Assembly (NCBI GenBank): GCA_023700245.1
Contig: JAJPRE010000004.1
Coordinates: forward strand, 24,068-88,067
Direction of reading: 5' to 3'
Length of the DNA stretch: 64,000 nucleotides
From: Candidatus Thalassarchaeaceae archaeon
Lineage (GTDB): Archaea > Thermoplasmatota > Poseidoniia > Poseidoniales > Thalassarchaeaceae
Position 1 is the stretch's first letter. Every line of letters starts with the position of its first letter. The notes beneath the pieces are model-generated. The model was not told the origin of the DNA. It saw nothing but the letters and a program-made list of their open reading frames with translations, and did not search any database. Below are positions 18,620 to 28,781 of this stretch, in pieces. The translations under genes were made by a program, and so were the position numbers.

Positions 18620-18685
18620 AATATTTTCAGTTATGCGTAGCGCTTATGAATAGAAGGCAGGTGGCCGCGATACCGAGGTTTAATT

Positions 18686-19300
18686 ATGGATGAAAGCATG
18701 GCCCCTTTGGTACCTTTTGAAACATATGAGCAACATGCTGTACATATAGGGACTAATCAAAAATCTGCAGACATGAAAAGATTCCTTGACACAGAACGTC
18801 AGGATGCCGCGGGTCTTCATTTAATAGATATTAATCAAACAGATTCAAGGATAAGGACAGTTGCAAAATTCCTTTCAAACTATGATGCTGATAGGATTCT
18901 AGTTGTTAGTGCCCGACAGTACGGACAACGCCCGGCTAGAATGTTTGCTCAATCTATAGGTTCTAAACATATAGTTGGCAGATTTATCCCTGGAACATTA
19001 ACAAATTCACGATTACGTACATACATTGAACCAGAGGTAATTATAGTTACAGATCCAGCTGCAGATTCTCAGGCCCTAAATGAAGCAGTTAATACTGGAC
19101 TTCCAGTTGTTGCAATTTGTGATGCAAATAATAAATTGAGAAATGTTGATATCGCTCTTCCAGCCAACAACAAAGGTCGACGTTCGTTAGCACTGATATT
19201 TTGGTTACTTTCTCGTGAAATCCTCAAGATTCGCGGCACGATTACTGATGCAGATTGGGAACGTTCCCAAGATGTTTCAGATTGGGAATCAACATTCTAA
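18686..19300 (+). CDS. rps2: 30S ribosomal protein S2
   Basis: HIGT, GRFIPGTLTN, VTDP..D.QAL.EA and PANNKG. Confidence 0.97.
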   Translation: MDESMAPLVPFETYEQHAVHIGTNQKSADMKRFLDTERQDAAGLHLIDINQTDSRIRTVAKFLSNYDADRILVVSARQYGQRPARMFAQSIGSKHIVGRFIPGTLTNSRLRTYIEPEVIIVTDPAADSQALNEAVNTGLPVVAICDANNKLRNVDIALPANNKGRRSLALIFWLLSREILKIRGTITDADWERSQDVSDWESTF

Positions 19301-19341
19301 TTTCCGACGTTCTCATAGGTGAGTTATTTTTCGGCTCAACA

Positions 19342-20319
19342 ATGGCGGATACTGCTATCCCACTTTTCTTAGCGCCGATGGCGGGAGTGTCTGATTTAGC
19401 ATACCGATTACTTGCACGTGAGTGCGGAGCAGACCTAACTGTTACAGAATTCACTGCAGCGGCCGGATTATCAAGAAATGCTTCCCATTCATGGTTGAAA
19501 GTTGAAAGCCATCCTAGGGAGTCTCCATTCATTCCACAGATTTTTGGAGGAATAATAGAAGAAATGGTCCATACAGTAAAATTACTTCAAGATAGAGCAG
19601 ATATTATAGATATTAATTTTGGTTGTCCTGCCCCAAAGGTATGCAGAAATGATGCAGGGGCTGCATTATTAAGAGATCCTGATCGAATTGTAAAGATGGT
19701 CAAGTCTTGTTTAGATGTTGCCAAAGTTCCAATTTCTGTTAAAGTAAGATTAGGTACTGGCAACGGACCTAATACTGCCCTTGAAGTAGCACAAAGATTA
19801 GAAAAAGAAGGCATAGAGAGAATCTGTGTACATGGAAGAACTCTTAGACAAAGATATTCAGGTTTAGCTGATTGGGATCAAATAAAAGAAATTGTAGATG
19901 GAGTAGATATACCCGTAATAGCAAATGGAGATATTGTAGATTCTAAAACAGCAAAGATGTGTATGGACGTTACTGGAGCAGCAGGTCTGATGATAGGCAG
20001 AGGGGCAATCGGTGTACCAAATATATTTCATGATATTAAGCGAGATCTTCGTTGGGATCCCAATCCTCCACCTTGGAAAAATCAAAACCCAGCAACTGCT
20101 AGACTTTGGTGTTGGAATAGGTATTTAGAAATTAGTAAAGAAGTTTATGCAGGTCAAATAAATAAAAATCTAAAAAGGCATGCAATTTCTTTTACCAAAG
20201 GATTATCTGGGGCATCAGCAATGCGTGTAGAACTCCATTCAGTCAATACTCAAGAAGAGCTTGGTAATAGAGTAACCAAATATTTGGAAGAATTAAACTA
20301 TCAGGAATTGACTGCCTAA
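19342..20319 (+). CDS. dusB: tRNA-dihydrouridine synthase (DusB-like; start at internal Met MADTAIP)
   Basis: LAPMAGVSD, DINFGCP, SVKVRLG, VHGRT, IANGDI and MIGRGA. Confidence 0.92.
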   Translation: MADTAIPLFLAPMAGVSDLAYRLLARECGADLTVTEFTAAAGLSRNASHSWLKVESHPRESPFIPQIFGGIIEEMVHTVKLLQDRADIIDINFGCPAPKVCRNDAGAALLRDPDRIVKMVKSCLDVAKVPISVKVRLGTGNGPNTALEVAQRLEKEGIERICVHGRTLRQRYSGLADWDQIKEIVDGVDIPVIANGDIVDSKTAKMCMDVTGAAGLMIGRGAIGVPNIFHDIKRDLRWDPNPPPWKNQNPATARLWCWNRYLEISKEVYAGQINKNLKRHAISFTKGLSGASAMRVELHSVNTQEELGNRVTKYLEELNYQELTA

Positions 20320-21401
20320 TCTTCTAAAAGCGCTTTATCTAATCTTTCAGCAACTGTATTTAACCTTCTCAGTATTCGTTCTACTTTGGTCATTACAATT
20401 TGTTTTACTTCTTCTCCATCTTGTCCTGAAATTATAAATCCAAATGGCATTCTCCCTCCTAATGTATTCAATAATATTTTTTGTGATCCAATGGGCAAAG
20501 GTTTCAAACAATCCTCTACTTTTTTTATACTAAGATTTTTAGATTTTGTGGCATCTAATAATTTATTAGCAATGTCATCATCTATTCTTCCAAGTCCACC
20601 CCTGGTCCTCAACCAATCTTCACCTCTTGCATCATATTGGCGTGTTATTCCTGAAAAAATATCTTGTGCTATCCTGTCAAACATAGGTACTCTTTCAACA
20701 ATTCCTGAACTTCTGAATCTATCAATAGTTCTTTTCACCCTAGACCGTGTTTCAGATAATTTTTCAGCAATTGATAATATCGTTATTGGATTAACAGAGG
20801 AGGATAATTCTATGAATATATTCTTGGCTAATTCATCTTCATTTTTTGTCCTATCACCATTTAGCCCTAGATCTTCAATTAATGAATCTAGTCTATCATG
20901 TCCCTTTTTAGATGGTGAAGGCTCAGATACTTTTATTTTGAAATTAATTTCTCCTCTCTCATTTAGAAACCTCATCCTTTCTTTTGATGGATGAATATAT
21001 TTACCTAATTCAAACATTCTTAATTCCATAATCCCTATTGCTTGTATGGATAATAAATTAATGGCTGCAGTTATACTACCACCTCTGAGGACATAAATAT
21101 GCCATCTTCCATAACTTTCCGAAGAAACCAATCCCGAATCTCTTAACTTTACCATTTGATGATGCATTCCTGTTTGAGATAATCCACAAACATCTCCAAG
21201 ATCCCGCGTATCCCAGCCCTTTAAAGGCTCTAAAAGTAATGCCTCTTTCATTATCCGATGTAACGCACCTAATTCTGCATCTTCCCACGATTCCGATTTA
21301 CGTTTAACTAATCCAATTGCATCTAGGATCCAAGAAAGTAAGATATCGGGATTTTTACTACCTGTTGGCATAGGCATCTCAATTAGGTTTAGCCTAATCA
21401 C
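20316..21401 (-). CDS. Two-domain winged-helix transcriptional regulator
   Basis: Two HTH segments: TRDLGDVCGLSQTGMHHQMVKLRDSGLV and ILSIAEKLSETRSRVKRTIDRFRSSGIVE. Confidence 0.75.
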   Translation of the reverse strand: MIRLNLIEMPMPTGSKNPDILLSWILDAIGLVKRKSESWEDAELGALHRIMKEALLLEPLKGWDTRDLGDVCGLSQTGMHHQMVKLRDSGLVSSESYGRWHIYVLRGGSITAAINLLSIQAIGIMELRMFELGKYIHPSKERMRFLNERGEINFKIKVSEPSPSKKGHDRLDSLIEDLGLNGDRTKNEDELAKNIFIELSSSVNPITILSIAEKLSETRSRVKRTIDRFRSSGIVERVPMFDRIAQDIFSGITRQYDARGEDWLRTRGGLGRIDDDIANKLLDATKSKNLSIKKVEDCLKPLPIGSQKILLNTLGGRMPFGFIISGQDGEEVKQIVMTKVERILRRLNTVAERLDKALLED

Positions 21402-21455
21402 ATCATTACTCGCGTATCGTAAGGCACAAGAGCATTGGCTATGTTATTGGCAATA

Positions 21456-22112
21456 TTATGCTATTTCTTTACGAATATCTAACCACGGGTAATCAACTTT
21501 AGATCGTGCAAGACTTTCTAGATGGGGTGCCAAAGAGATTTTACTTTCACATAATATCCCTCTTCCTCTTAATACCGAAACAGCTGAATGAACTGAAGCA
21601 CGTGATCTTCCTAAATCACGAGCCAATTGAGCTTGTGATACTGGATTAGGAGATTTAGATAATCTTGTAACTATATTCTTTTGAACAGTGGACAAGCCTA
21701 CTGGTAGCATAGATGCAGCCGTATATTCATCAGTAACTCCTGTTCCTTCTAGTATTTCCACTTGTGCTGGTGCACCTGCATAGTAACATGTTCTGCCATT
21801 TACAGGTACTACTGTGACAGTTTTTTCGTTAGTTAATACTCTTAAATGATGCCTTAATGTGCCATTTGCAGCATCTAGTTGTCTCTGTAGTTCTCTAAAA
21901 TGTATTCCAGGTGATTTCTCAAGTGTGGATATAATTCTACTTCTTAATGGATGAACATAATTCTCATGTTGCGGTGCAGACAGTGCTCCTTGAATAAGTG
22001 GAGTCGGAAAAAAGGGAATAATGGTACAAATGCCAAACGCCCCACCCAGCATTGCTGTCAAAAAATCAGCAGTCAAAGGATAAGTACTACGGAGTTGTTC
22101 TAGCACAGCCAT
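21456..22112 (-). CDS. Membrane-anchored tandem winged-helix regulator
   Basis: N-terminal TM, then PGIHFRELQR.LD.ANGTLRHHL and a second HTH SQAQLARDLGRSRASV. Confidence 0.8.
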   Translation of the reverse strand: MAVLEQLRSTYPLTADFLTAMLGGAFGICTIIPFFPTPLIQGALSAPQHENYVHPLRSRIISTLEKSPGIHFRELQRQLDAANGTLRHHLRVLTNEKTVTVVPVNGRTCYYAGAPAQVEILEGTGVTDEYTAASMLPVGLSTVQKNIVTRLSKSPNPVSQAQLARDLGRSRASVHSAVSVLRGRGILCESKISLAPHLESLARSKVDYPWLDIRKEIA

Positions 22113-22183
22113 ATAGCAAATCCTCCCATTCTAACCTTTAACTATACATGGTCTTATGTTTCATCAATGCTCATATTTTAAAA

Positions 22184-22663
22184 TTATTTTTCCTTAACAA
22201 CTCTACCTTTTTGAATCTTCATATATGCTACTAGGGGGCTCAGTAATCTTCCAGCATTCCTGCCATGTTCCGTTAATTGATATCTGACTCTAATTGGGGG
22301 CCCTTCATCCACAATTCTATTCACAAGTCCTAACTCTGCACAGTGAGTAAGCTTATCAGAAAGAGTTCTACTACTAATCCCTGTTAACAGTTTCCTCATC
22401 TCATTAAACCTACGATCTCCTGCAATATATAATGTAGATAATATTTCAATACTCCACCTTGAGCTAAAACTAGAGAATGCCTCAACTGCAGCACTTACCT
22501 CCCATGCTATATCGTAACCTTCACTTTCGTTATATGACGCAAAAGTTTTTCTTATTTTTGTACCACTTTTTCTAACGTCCTCAATAGCCGAATCTATAAC
22601 TTTGAAATCTTCATCTGTAACAATCATCGGTTCCCTTACCATAGTATCAAGTAACTCGCACAC
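22184..22663 (-). CDS. HxlR-family transcriptional regulator (GTG start)
   Basis: SRWSIEIL...RRFNEMRKLLTGISSRTLSDKL...GLV.R...PPIRVRYQLTEHG. Confidence 0.9.
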   Translation of the reverse strand: MCELLDTMVREPMIVTDEDFKVIDSAIEDVRKSGTKIRKTFASYNESEGYDIAWEVSAAVEAFSSFSSRWSIEILSTLYIAGDRRFNEMRKLLTGISSRTLSDKLTHCAELGLVNRIVDEGPPIRVRYQLTEHGRNAGRLLSPLVAYMKIQKGRVVKEK

Positions 22664-22669
22664 TATCTA

Positions 22670-22752
22670 GTGTATAAATTACACCTCGCTGTGTTCATTA
22701 ATACTTATCTATTAATATAGGAATATTCTTGCGTACGGTGTAGAATTAACAC
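22670..22752. promoter_or_regulatory. Two GTGT-N7-ACAC inverted-repeat operators upstream of the HxlR gene
   Basis: GTGTATAAATTACAC at 22670-22684 and GTGTAGAATTAACAC at 22738-22752. Confidence 0.55.
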
Positions 22753-22891
22753 TTAATATATGAGGGGAAAAAATGGATAAATTTTTAGAGAATTGGGTTG
22801 AAGAAGTATTTGAGATAACTGAAATAGAAGAGAGTATTGCAAACTCTTAAAATTCAAATAAATAATTAAATTTTTCTGAATATTATAATAA

Positions 22892-24967
22892 CTATGAATT
22901 TTTATATTTGGCTCTTCTTCCTTCAATTAAAGCAGATAAGCCTTCTAACGAATCAGACGTACTAAATATATGTTCTAAATTATCTAATTCCTGTTTCAAT
23001 CCTTGATTAAATTCTGTATCCTTATTATTTGCAATATCTAATAATTTTGACGCGATATTCAGGGCTATTGGTGCAGTGCGAGATAGGGACTTTATCTGTC
23101 TAGAGACTTGATTATCACTCAGATCAAAATTTTCTAAATCAGATCCATTTAGGATACTGTATAAATTTTCATCAGTGTAAAAACTTCTTGCAAATTTAAC
23201 TATTGAATGACTTTCGTCTATTGAATTTTTAAGGTATTTATCATTATTTTTACCTAAATTAATAATTTCATCAATAGATTTATCAATATCATTTACATCA
23301 ATAAGATGGGTCAATAAACCAAATGCCTTGGCTGTTTCAGAATTTAAAAAATTACCTGCCAGTACTGCATATCTGGCAATCTCTAATCCGCAAATTCTAG
23401 TTGTTCTCTGAGTACCTCCTAGGCCAGGATATATTCCTATATTAGTTTCTGGAAATCTAAACTGCGTTCTATTTGTGCCTATCCTGTAGTCACAAGAAAG
23501 AGCAAGTTCCAAACCTCCACCTAGGGCTAAGCCAGTAGTTAGCGCAATAGTAACTTTAGGACTATTCTCAATTTTATTTAATACTTCATGGCCGTGAGCA
23601 GTAAAGTCATATATTTCTTGGAATGAATCCTCGTTTATCTTGTCTACGAAGAATTTTACATCTGCTCCTGCTACAAATGCTTTACCTGCACCTTCTAGTA
23701 CGATTGTATTTACACTATTATTTTGATTCAATCCATCTATTACCTCACCCAACTCAGTTACCAATTTAACATTCAATGCATTCATTGCTTCAGGGCGATT
23801 CAACCTAACTATTGCAATACTGTCATTTATTTCAACATCAATATATGAGAATATAAAATCTTCAGAAATATTAAATTGATTTTCTAATGTAACTGGGATC
23901 TTAAAATTGACTAATTTACAATACTTTTCAGCCATACGGTACGCTTCTTTAATCCCAATCCTATTAGCTATCTCGAATGGGCCCTCATCCCATCTAAGGC
24001 CGACTTTAGCACCTCTATCTACATCTTCCTTAGAACATATTTCTTCATCAACTATTTGCCCTGCTACTGCAAAAACTTGCCCCAACAACCTCTCTTTTAC
24101 AGTTATAGATAAGTTTTCATCATAATATTCTTCATCTCCTATTTTCCATAATTCTCCGCTATCAACCATTTCTCTAAGATTTTTAGCACCAACATATCTT
24201 GGAGTATCTAGTTGCTCTGCTAAATAATCAGTGGCATGTAGGGCAATAGTTGGCCCTGTTAAATTCATTAGTGCAAAAGGTCCCATTCCTATATTAAATG
24301 CTTCACGTGCTATTGAGTCTATTTGTGCTGCTGTAGCTACACCTTCTTGCAGTAAGATACACGCCTCATTTAACCAAGGAACAAAAAATCTGTTAACTAC
24401 AAATCCAGGTCTATCTTTACAAATTATAACTACTTTACCCATTGTTTTACAATATGTTTCAACAGCCTTCAAAGTATTTTTTGTCGTACTTTCAGCAGGA
24501 ATTATCTCTACTAATCTATTTTTTGCAGGATGGTAAAAGAAATGTAATCCAATAAAACGATCAGGTCTACCACTAGATTTAGCCAAATTATTTACAGAGA
24601 GTGATGATGTATTACTTGCTAATATTGTATGTTCATTACAAACTTGATCGAGGATAGTAAATACATCCTTCTTGACATTAAAATCTTCAAAAACTGCTTC
24701 GATTACCAAATCGGTTTTTGGATCTACATTTTTAGTCCCAACAACTCCAGAGATTTTTTCTTTTATTGCGTTAACTTGATCAATATTGAATATTCTTCTT
24801 TCTAATGCTTCTTCCAATAAATTTGAAATTATTTCTTGTCCATGATTGACCCACTTCTCTTCTCTATCTACCATTTGTATTTCAAAATTCTCTTGTGCAG
24901 ATTTTTGAGCAATGCCTGAACCCATATTTCCGGACCCAATGATGGCAACAGTCTTGATTGAACTCAT
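22892..24967 (-). CDS. Bifunctional 3-hydroxyacyl-CoA dehydrogenase / enoyl-CoA hydratase (archaeal domain order)
   Basis: IGSGNMGSG, EAVFED, SNTSS, HFFYP and GFVVNR, followed by crotonase motifs NRPEAMNA, AFVAGAD, GGGLEL and PE. Confidence 0.93.
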   Translation of the reverse strand: MSSIKTVAIIGSGNMGSGIAQKSAQENFEIQMVDREEKWVNHGQEIISNLLEEALERRIFNIDQVNAIKEKISGVVGTKNVDPKTDLVIEAVFEDFNVKKDVFTILDQVCNEHTILASNTSSLSVNNLAKSSGRPDRFIGLHFFYHPAKNRLVEIIPAESTTKNTLKAVETYCKTMGKVVIICKDRPGFVVNRFFVPWLNEACILLQEGVATAAQIDSIAREAFNIGMGPFALMNLTGPTIALHATDYLAEQLDTPRYVGAKNLREMVDSGELWKIGDEEYYDENLSITVKERLLGQVFAVAGQIVDEEICSKEDVDRGAKVGLRWDEGPFEIANRIGIKEAYRMAEKYCKLVNFKIPVTLENQFNISEDFIFSYIDVEINDSIAIVRLNRPEAMNALNVKLVTELGEVIDGLNQNNSVNTIVLEGAGKAFVAGADVKFFVDKINEDSFQEIYDFTAHGHEVLNKIENSPKVTIALTTGLALGGGLELALSCDYRIGTNRTQFRFPETNIGIYPGLGGTQRTTRICGLEIARYAVLAGNFLNSETAKAFGLLTHLIDVNDIDKSIDEIINLGKNNDKYLKNSIDESHSIVKFARSFYTDENLYSILNGSDLENFDLSDNQVSRQIKSLSRTAPIALNIASKLLDIANNKDTEFNQGLKQELDNLEHIFSTSDSLEGLSALIEGRRAKYKNS

Positions 24968-25059
24968 ATACCGCCCAAAGCAATCTTGCCCATATATTCA
25001 ACTGATAAACGACCTCATTTCACAATAATTTATGTCAACTCCCTCTTTCCGAAAAGAAT

Positions 25060-27702
25060 ATGCGCCATGCTAACCGAGTAAGTATGGCAATTGTATTCAT
25101 TCTTGTTGTATCAATATGTAGTCCTGTAATAGCGAAGGAAGATGGTAAATTTAATTCATCAAATGGTTGTAGTTGCCATACTTCGAATACGCCAGCCACA
25201 ACTCCAACTCATAATTTTCCTTCTACATACACTCCAAATCAATCGTATTCCATATCGATTGGATTTAGTGGAGGCGTTACAGGTTATGATGGAGGATTTT
25301 CTTTAGAAGTAAGTCAAGGTACTCTTTCTACTGGAATCTCAATTGGGAGCGTCAAGATTAATTCTGCTGGTAACCAGGCTACCCATACAACTCCCGACTA
25401 TCGAAGTTGGGGACTTTATTGGGAAGCCCCATCAACGGGTTCAGGAAATATAATCTTTGAATTAGCTGTCTTATCAGCAAATGGTAATGGAAATAAAAAT
25501 GGGGACTCATGGGGAATCATCTCTCCTTTTACTTCTACAGAAATAACTACAAACAATACGCCTCCAGAAGCCAACTCATTATCATTTATACCTATTAATC
25601 CTACTAAAATGACAGGATTATCAATTAATTATACATTTTTTGATTCTGACGGAGATATTGAACAAAATACAGAAATAAATTGGAAGTTAAATGATATCGA
25701 CATTTCTGAAGTAGATAACTCGACTTCTTTACCAAATTCTTTAATCACCAAAGGAGATTATTGGAAAGTAACTATTATTCCATCTGATGGCATAGATTTA
25801 GGAGAAAATATCTCATTAGGGCCTATATTAATTGGTAATTCCCCCCCTTCAGTTACAAATTTTTTCACCCTTCCTGAAAATCCTGATGATTCAGATGAAA
25901 TATCTCTATCATATAATTTTTCAGATTTAGATGGAGATGATGAAGAAGGCACATCAATTCATTGGTATCTTGATGAGTTAAGGCAAAATGAAATCGATAA
26001 CTTTACTTCAATTCCTAGCATAATGATTAGACCTGGAGATATTTGGCAAGTATCGATTACCCCTAATGATGGCCAAGATTTTGGCCAGGTTATTTGGAGC
26101 AATGAAATAATTATTGGTACTTCTAACACTCCGCCAACGATAATTATCTCACCATTCTATTATGATTATTATACGAACATTGATATCCAAGCTTCGATAA
26201 ATTTTTCAGATATTGATAATGATGAAATTCAAGACTTAGAAATTAAATGGTTCCAGAATGGTGTCCAAGTTTATTCGTTAAATAATCTACAAATAGTGCC
26301 TTCAACATTAACACAAAAAGGAGAAAATTGGAATTTTTCTGCTAGAGCTAGTGACGGATTAACGTGGTCAGGTTGGACAAGTTCTGATAACGTAATAATC
26401 ATCAATAGCCTTCCCAGTATAAATTCAGCAAATATAATTCCTAATAAAGAAATAACTACTGTCGATAATTTTCATGCTTCTTGGATATATTATGATGAAG
26501 ATCAAGATGAAGAATCAAACAGTACCCTGAGATGGTTTATTCATGGAGTATTAATGCCTGAATATGATGGTTTGAAGACAATAAATTCATCATTTACAGA
26601 AAGAGGACAAATATGGTCATTTCAAGTCACTCCCAAAGACGGCGTTAATCAAGGATTATTGTTAGAAAGTCCCTCGATATTAATTAAAAACGCAGCCCCG
26701 GAAAGCCCTCAAATATATCTGGAAAATGGTAATGAAGGCTCTCTTAATTTGATGAATGAACTCAATTCTACTGATAATAAAAATGTCTTTTCTCAGTACA
26801 ATCTAATAGCAAAAATTGGTTATTATGATCCAGATGATAGTATTCTCAATATTGATATTCAATGGTCAAGAAATGGTTTTCATGTTCCCGAACTAGATAA
26901 TTTGACATTTGTTTCATCTGAAAGATTGGAGCCTGGACAAACATGGTCTATTTTAGTTGAAATAACTGATCCATTGGGGCTTAGTAATTTCTCTATCATT
27001 TCCATATCTATATCAAATAATCATCCTGAAGCTAGAATTTCATATTCTCCAGAAACTATCATTCCCGGCGTACCAATTATGCTAGATGCTTCAAAATCAT
27101 TTGATTTAGATGGAACGATAAATAGTTGGTTATGGACTATAGACGATTATCAAATAAATGGCCAAAATATAAATTTACTACTTGAAACTGGGCAATATTT
27201 GGTTCAACTATCAGTTACGGATGATATGGGGTCCCGCAATACAACTTACGAGACAATTATTATTGAAGATATTTTAATTGTAGATTCAATTATTGCGTCT
27301 CTGGATGAATCTGACATAAATCTTGAATGGGCATGGAAAGGCAGTCCCACTGAGTTTAATATTTATAGATCAACTTCTCCAATCCTTTCACTATTTGAAG
27401 ACCATCAATCTAAAAAATTAACTCCAATTGCAACTACATCTGAAAGTAAGTGGTCCGAAAAAGTACCTATTGGAACTACGCTATATTATTCTATAACGAC
27501 GTACTATGATGGCGAAGAAGTTATTTGGATTGGTGAAAATGGCACTAATATAATTAGTATAAATGCCTCTACTGCATCTAACTTTGATGCTTCAAAATCT
27601 TTTGATTCATCAACATTATCAATTCCATTTTCAATTTTGTTAATCATGATGGGAATTTCAAGTATATTGTTGAATGTTCTTAAGAGGAGGAAGAGAATTT
27701 GA
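25060..27702 (+). CDS. Surface protein: Reeler-like (choice-of-anchor V-like) domain, five Ig-like repeats, PKD, C-terminal TM
   Basis: Signal peptide; GCSCH; W.AP..GSG...LSANG.G...GD; repeats N.PP...Y.F.D.DGD.E...W...G..W.....P.DG; DAS.S.D.DG.I..W.W (PKD); TM followed by KRRK. Confidence 0.8.
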   Translation: MRHANRVSMAIVFILVVSICSPVIAKEDGKFNSSNGCSCHTSNTPATTPTHNFPSTYTPNQSYSISIGFSGGVTGYDGGFSLEVSQGTLSTGISIGSVKINSAGNQATHTTPDYRSWGLYWEAPSTGSGNIIFELAVLSANGNGNKNGDSWGIISPFTSTEITTNNTPPEANSLSFIPINPTKMTGLSINYTFFDSDGDIEQNTEINWKLNDIDISEVDNSTSLPNSLITKGDYWKVTIIPSDGIDLGENISLGPILIGNSPPSVTNFFTLPENPDDSDEISLSYNFSDLDGDDEEGTSIHWYLDELRQNEIDNFTSIPSIMIRPGDIWQVSITPNDGQDFGQVIWSNEIIIGTSNTPPTIIISPFYYDYYTNIDIQASINFSDIDNDEIQDLEIKWFQNGVQVYSLNNLQIVPSTLTQKGENWNFSARASDGLTWSGWTSSDNVIIINSLPSINSANIIPNKEITTVDNFHASWIYYDEDQDEESNSTLRWFIHGVLMPEYDGLKTINSSFTERGQIWSFQVTPKDGVNQGLLLESPSILIKNAAPESPQIYLENGNEGSLNLMNELNSTDNKNVFSQYNLIAKIGYYDPDDSILNIDIQWSRNGFHVPELDNLTFVSSERLEPGQTWSILVEITDPLGLSNFSIISISISNNHPEARISYSPETIIPGVPIMLDASKSFDLDGTINSWLWTIDDYQINGQNINLLLETGQYLVQLSVTDDMGSRNTTYETIIIEDILIVDSIIASLDESDINLEWAWKGSPTEFNIYRSTSPILSLFEDHQSKKLTPIATTSESKWSEKVPIGTTLYYSITTYYDGEEVIWIGENGTNIISINASTASNFDASKSFDSSTLSIPFSILLIMMGISSILLNVLKRRKRI

Positions 27703-28781
27703 AATCTAGAATAATCACTTTAATCGGATTATTTATTATTTTATCATCAACAAATATGACTTTAGGTAACCCGGGAGGAAACGAAGATGGGAATAGGGAT
27801 TTTACATGCGGAGGTTCATGTCATGGAGATCCCTCACTCTCTCAAGTATCCGAAGGAAAAATTTTCATCGATTCCAAGGAAATAATTTTTGCAGGCACGG
27901 CAGTATCAATTAATGTAAATGTGAGTTTAGAGGGTTCATCAAAAGAAAACCTTCTCGGGGTTTTTCTTTTGAGTTCATTGAATGGTAATGGCGACCAACC
28001 TAATGATCATGGTTGGAAAATAATTCAGGATCCTAATGGAGGAATAAATAATTATGTTGAAATTATGATTCCGAATAGTGGAAATGTAATATTAACATGG
28101 ATATTAACTGCACCTATACAAATTGGTGAGCAAAATTTGTATGTCCAAATTAATCATGGTAAATTGAATAATCCTGATAATCTAGCATTGACCGGAGTTT
28201 CTGAAGCGCATAATATTAAAATTCTGTCCACTCCAGAAAATTTACCCGGATTTTCTGATACTTGGATTGCTCCACAATACCGTATATCTGGAGACAATTC
28301 ACCATTAATAATAAACACAAAAAATACAAATAAAATATCGGCAAAATGGAAATTAGAAGGTGATAACACTATACATCAAGCACAAATTAATTCTATTAAT
28401 GAAAATTCTTGGGAAGTATTTCTACCATTCACAACTGGAGATATAGAAATAAAATATATGGTTACGACATATAATGATGATTTTCCAGTAGAACAACCAT
28501 GGTTAACTATTGGCACTATCCCACCACCTTTTGAAGGTTCATTACTTGGTGCCAGGCTTCAAGCATTTGCATTCACATGTATAATAACTGGTTTTATTAT
28601 TAGTCTGCAATCTGCATTTAAACCGCAAAATGATAAAAAACAGATTAACACTAAAGAATCAAAAAATGAGAGTATTAAAGCAAAATTAATCAGGAGTTCC
28701 GAATATCCTGGATGGCTTTGGGATACAGTAGCCGAAAAGTGGATTCCAGAAAATGATGATAAAAAGGAGATTCATAAGTAA
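27699..28781 (+). CDS. Second Reeler-like surface protein with CxxxCH motif and C-terminal TM (TTG start)
   Basis: Signal peptide; FTCGGSCHGD; LTWILTAP; GAGGAGG SD; TTG start overlaps the upstream TGA. Confidence 0.75.
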   Translation: MKSRIITLIGLFIILSSTNMTLGNPGGNEDGNRDFTCGGSCHGDPSLSQVSEGKIFIDSKEIIFAGTAVSINVNVSLEGSSKENLLGVFLLSSLNGNGDQPNDHGWKIIQDPNGGINNYVEIMIPNSGNVILTWILTAPIQIGEQNLYVQINHGKLNNPDNLALTGVSEAHNIKILSTPENLPGFSDTWIAPQYRISGDNSPLIINTKNTNKISAKWKLEGDNTIHQAQINSINENSWEVFLPFTTGDIEIKYMVTTYNDDFPVEQPWLTIGTIPPPFEGSLLGARLQAFAFTCIITGFIISLQSAFKPQNDKKQINTKESKNESIKAKLIRSSEYPGWLWDTVAEKWIPENDDKKEIHK

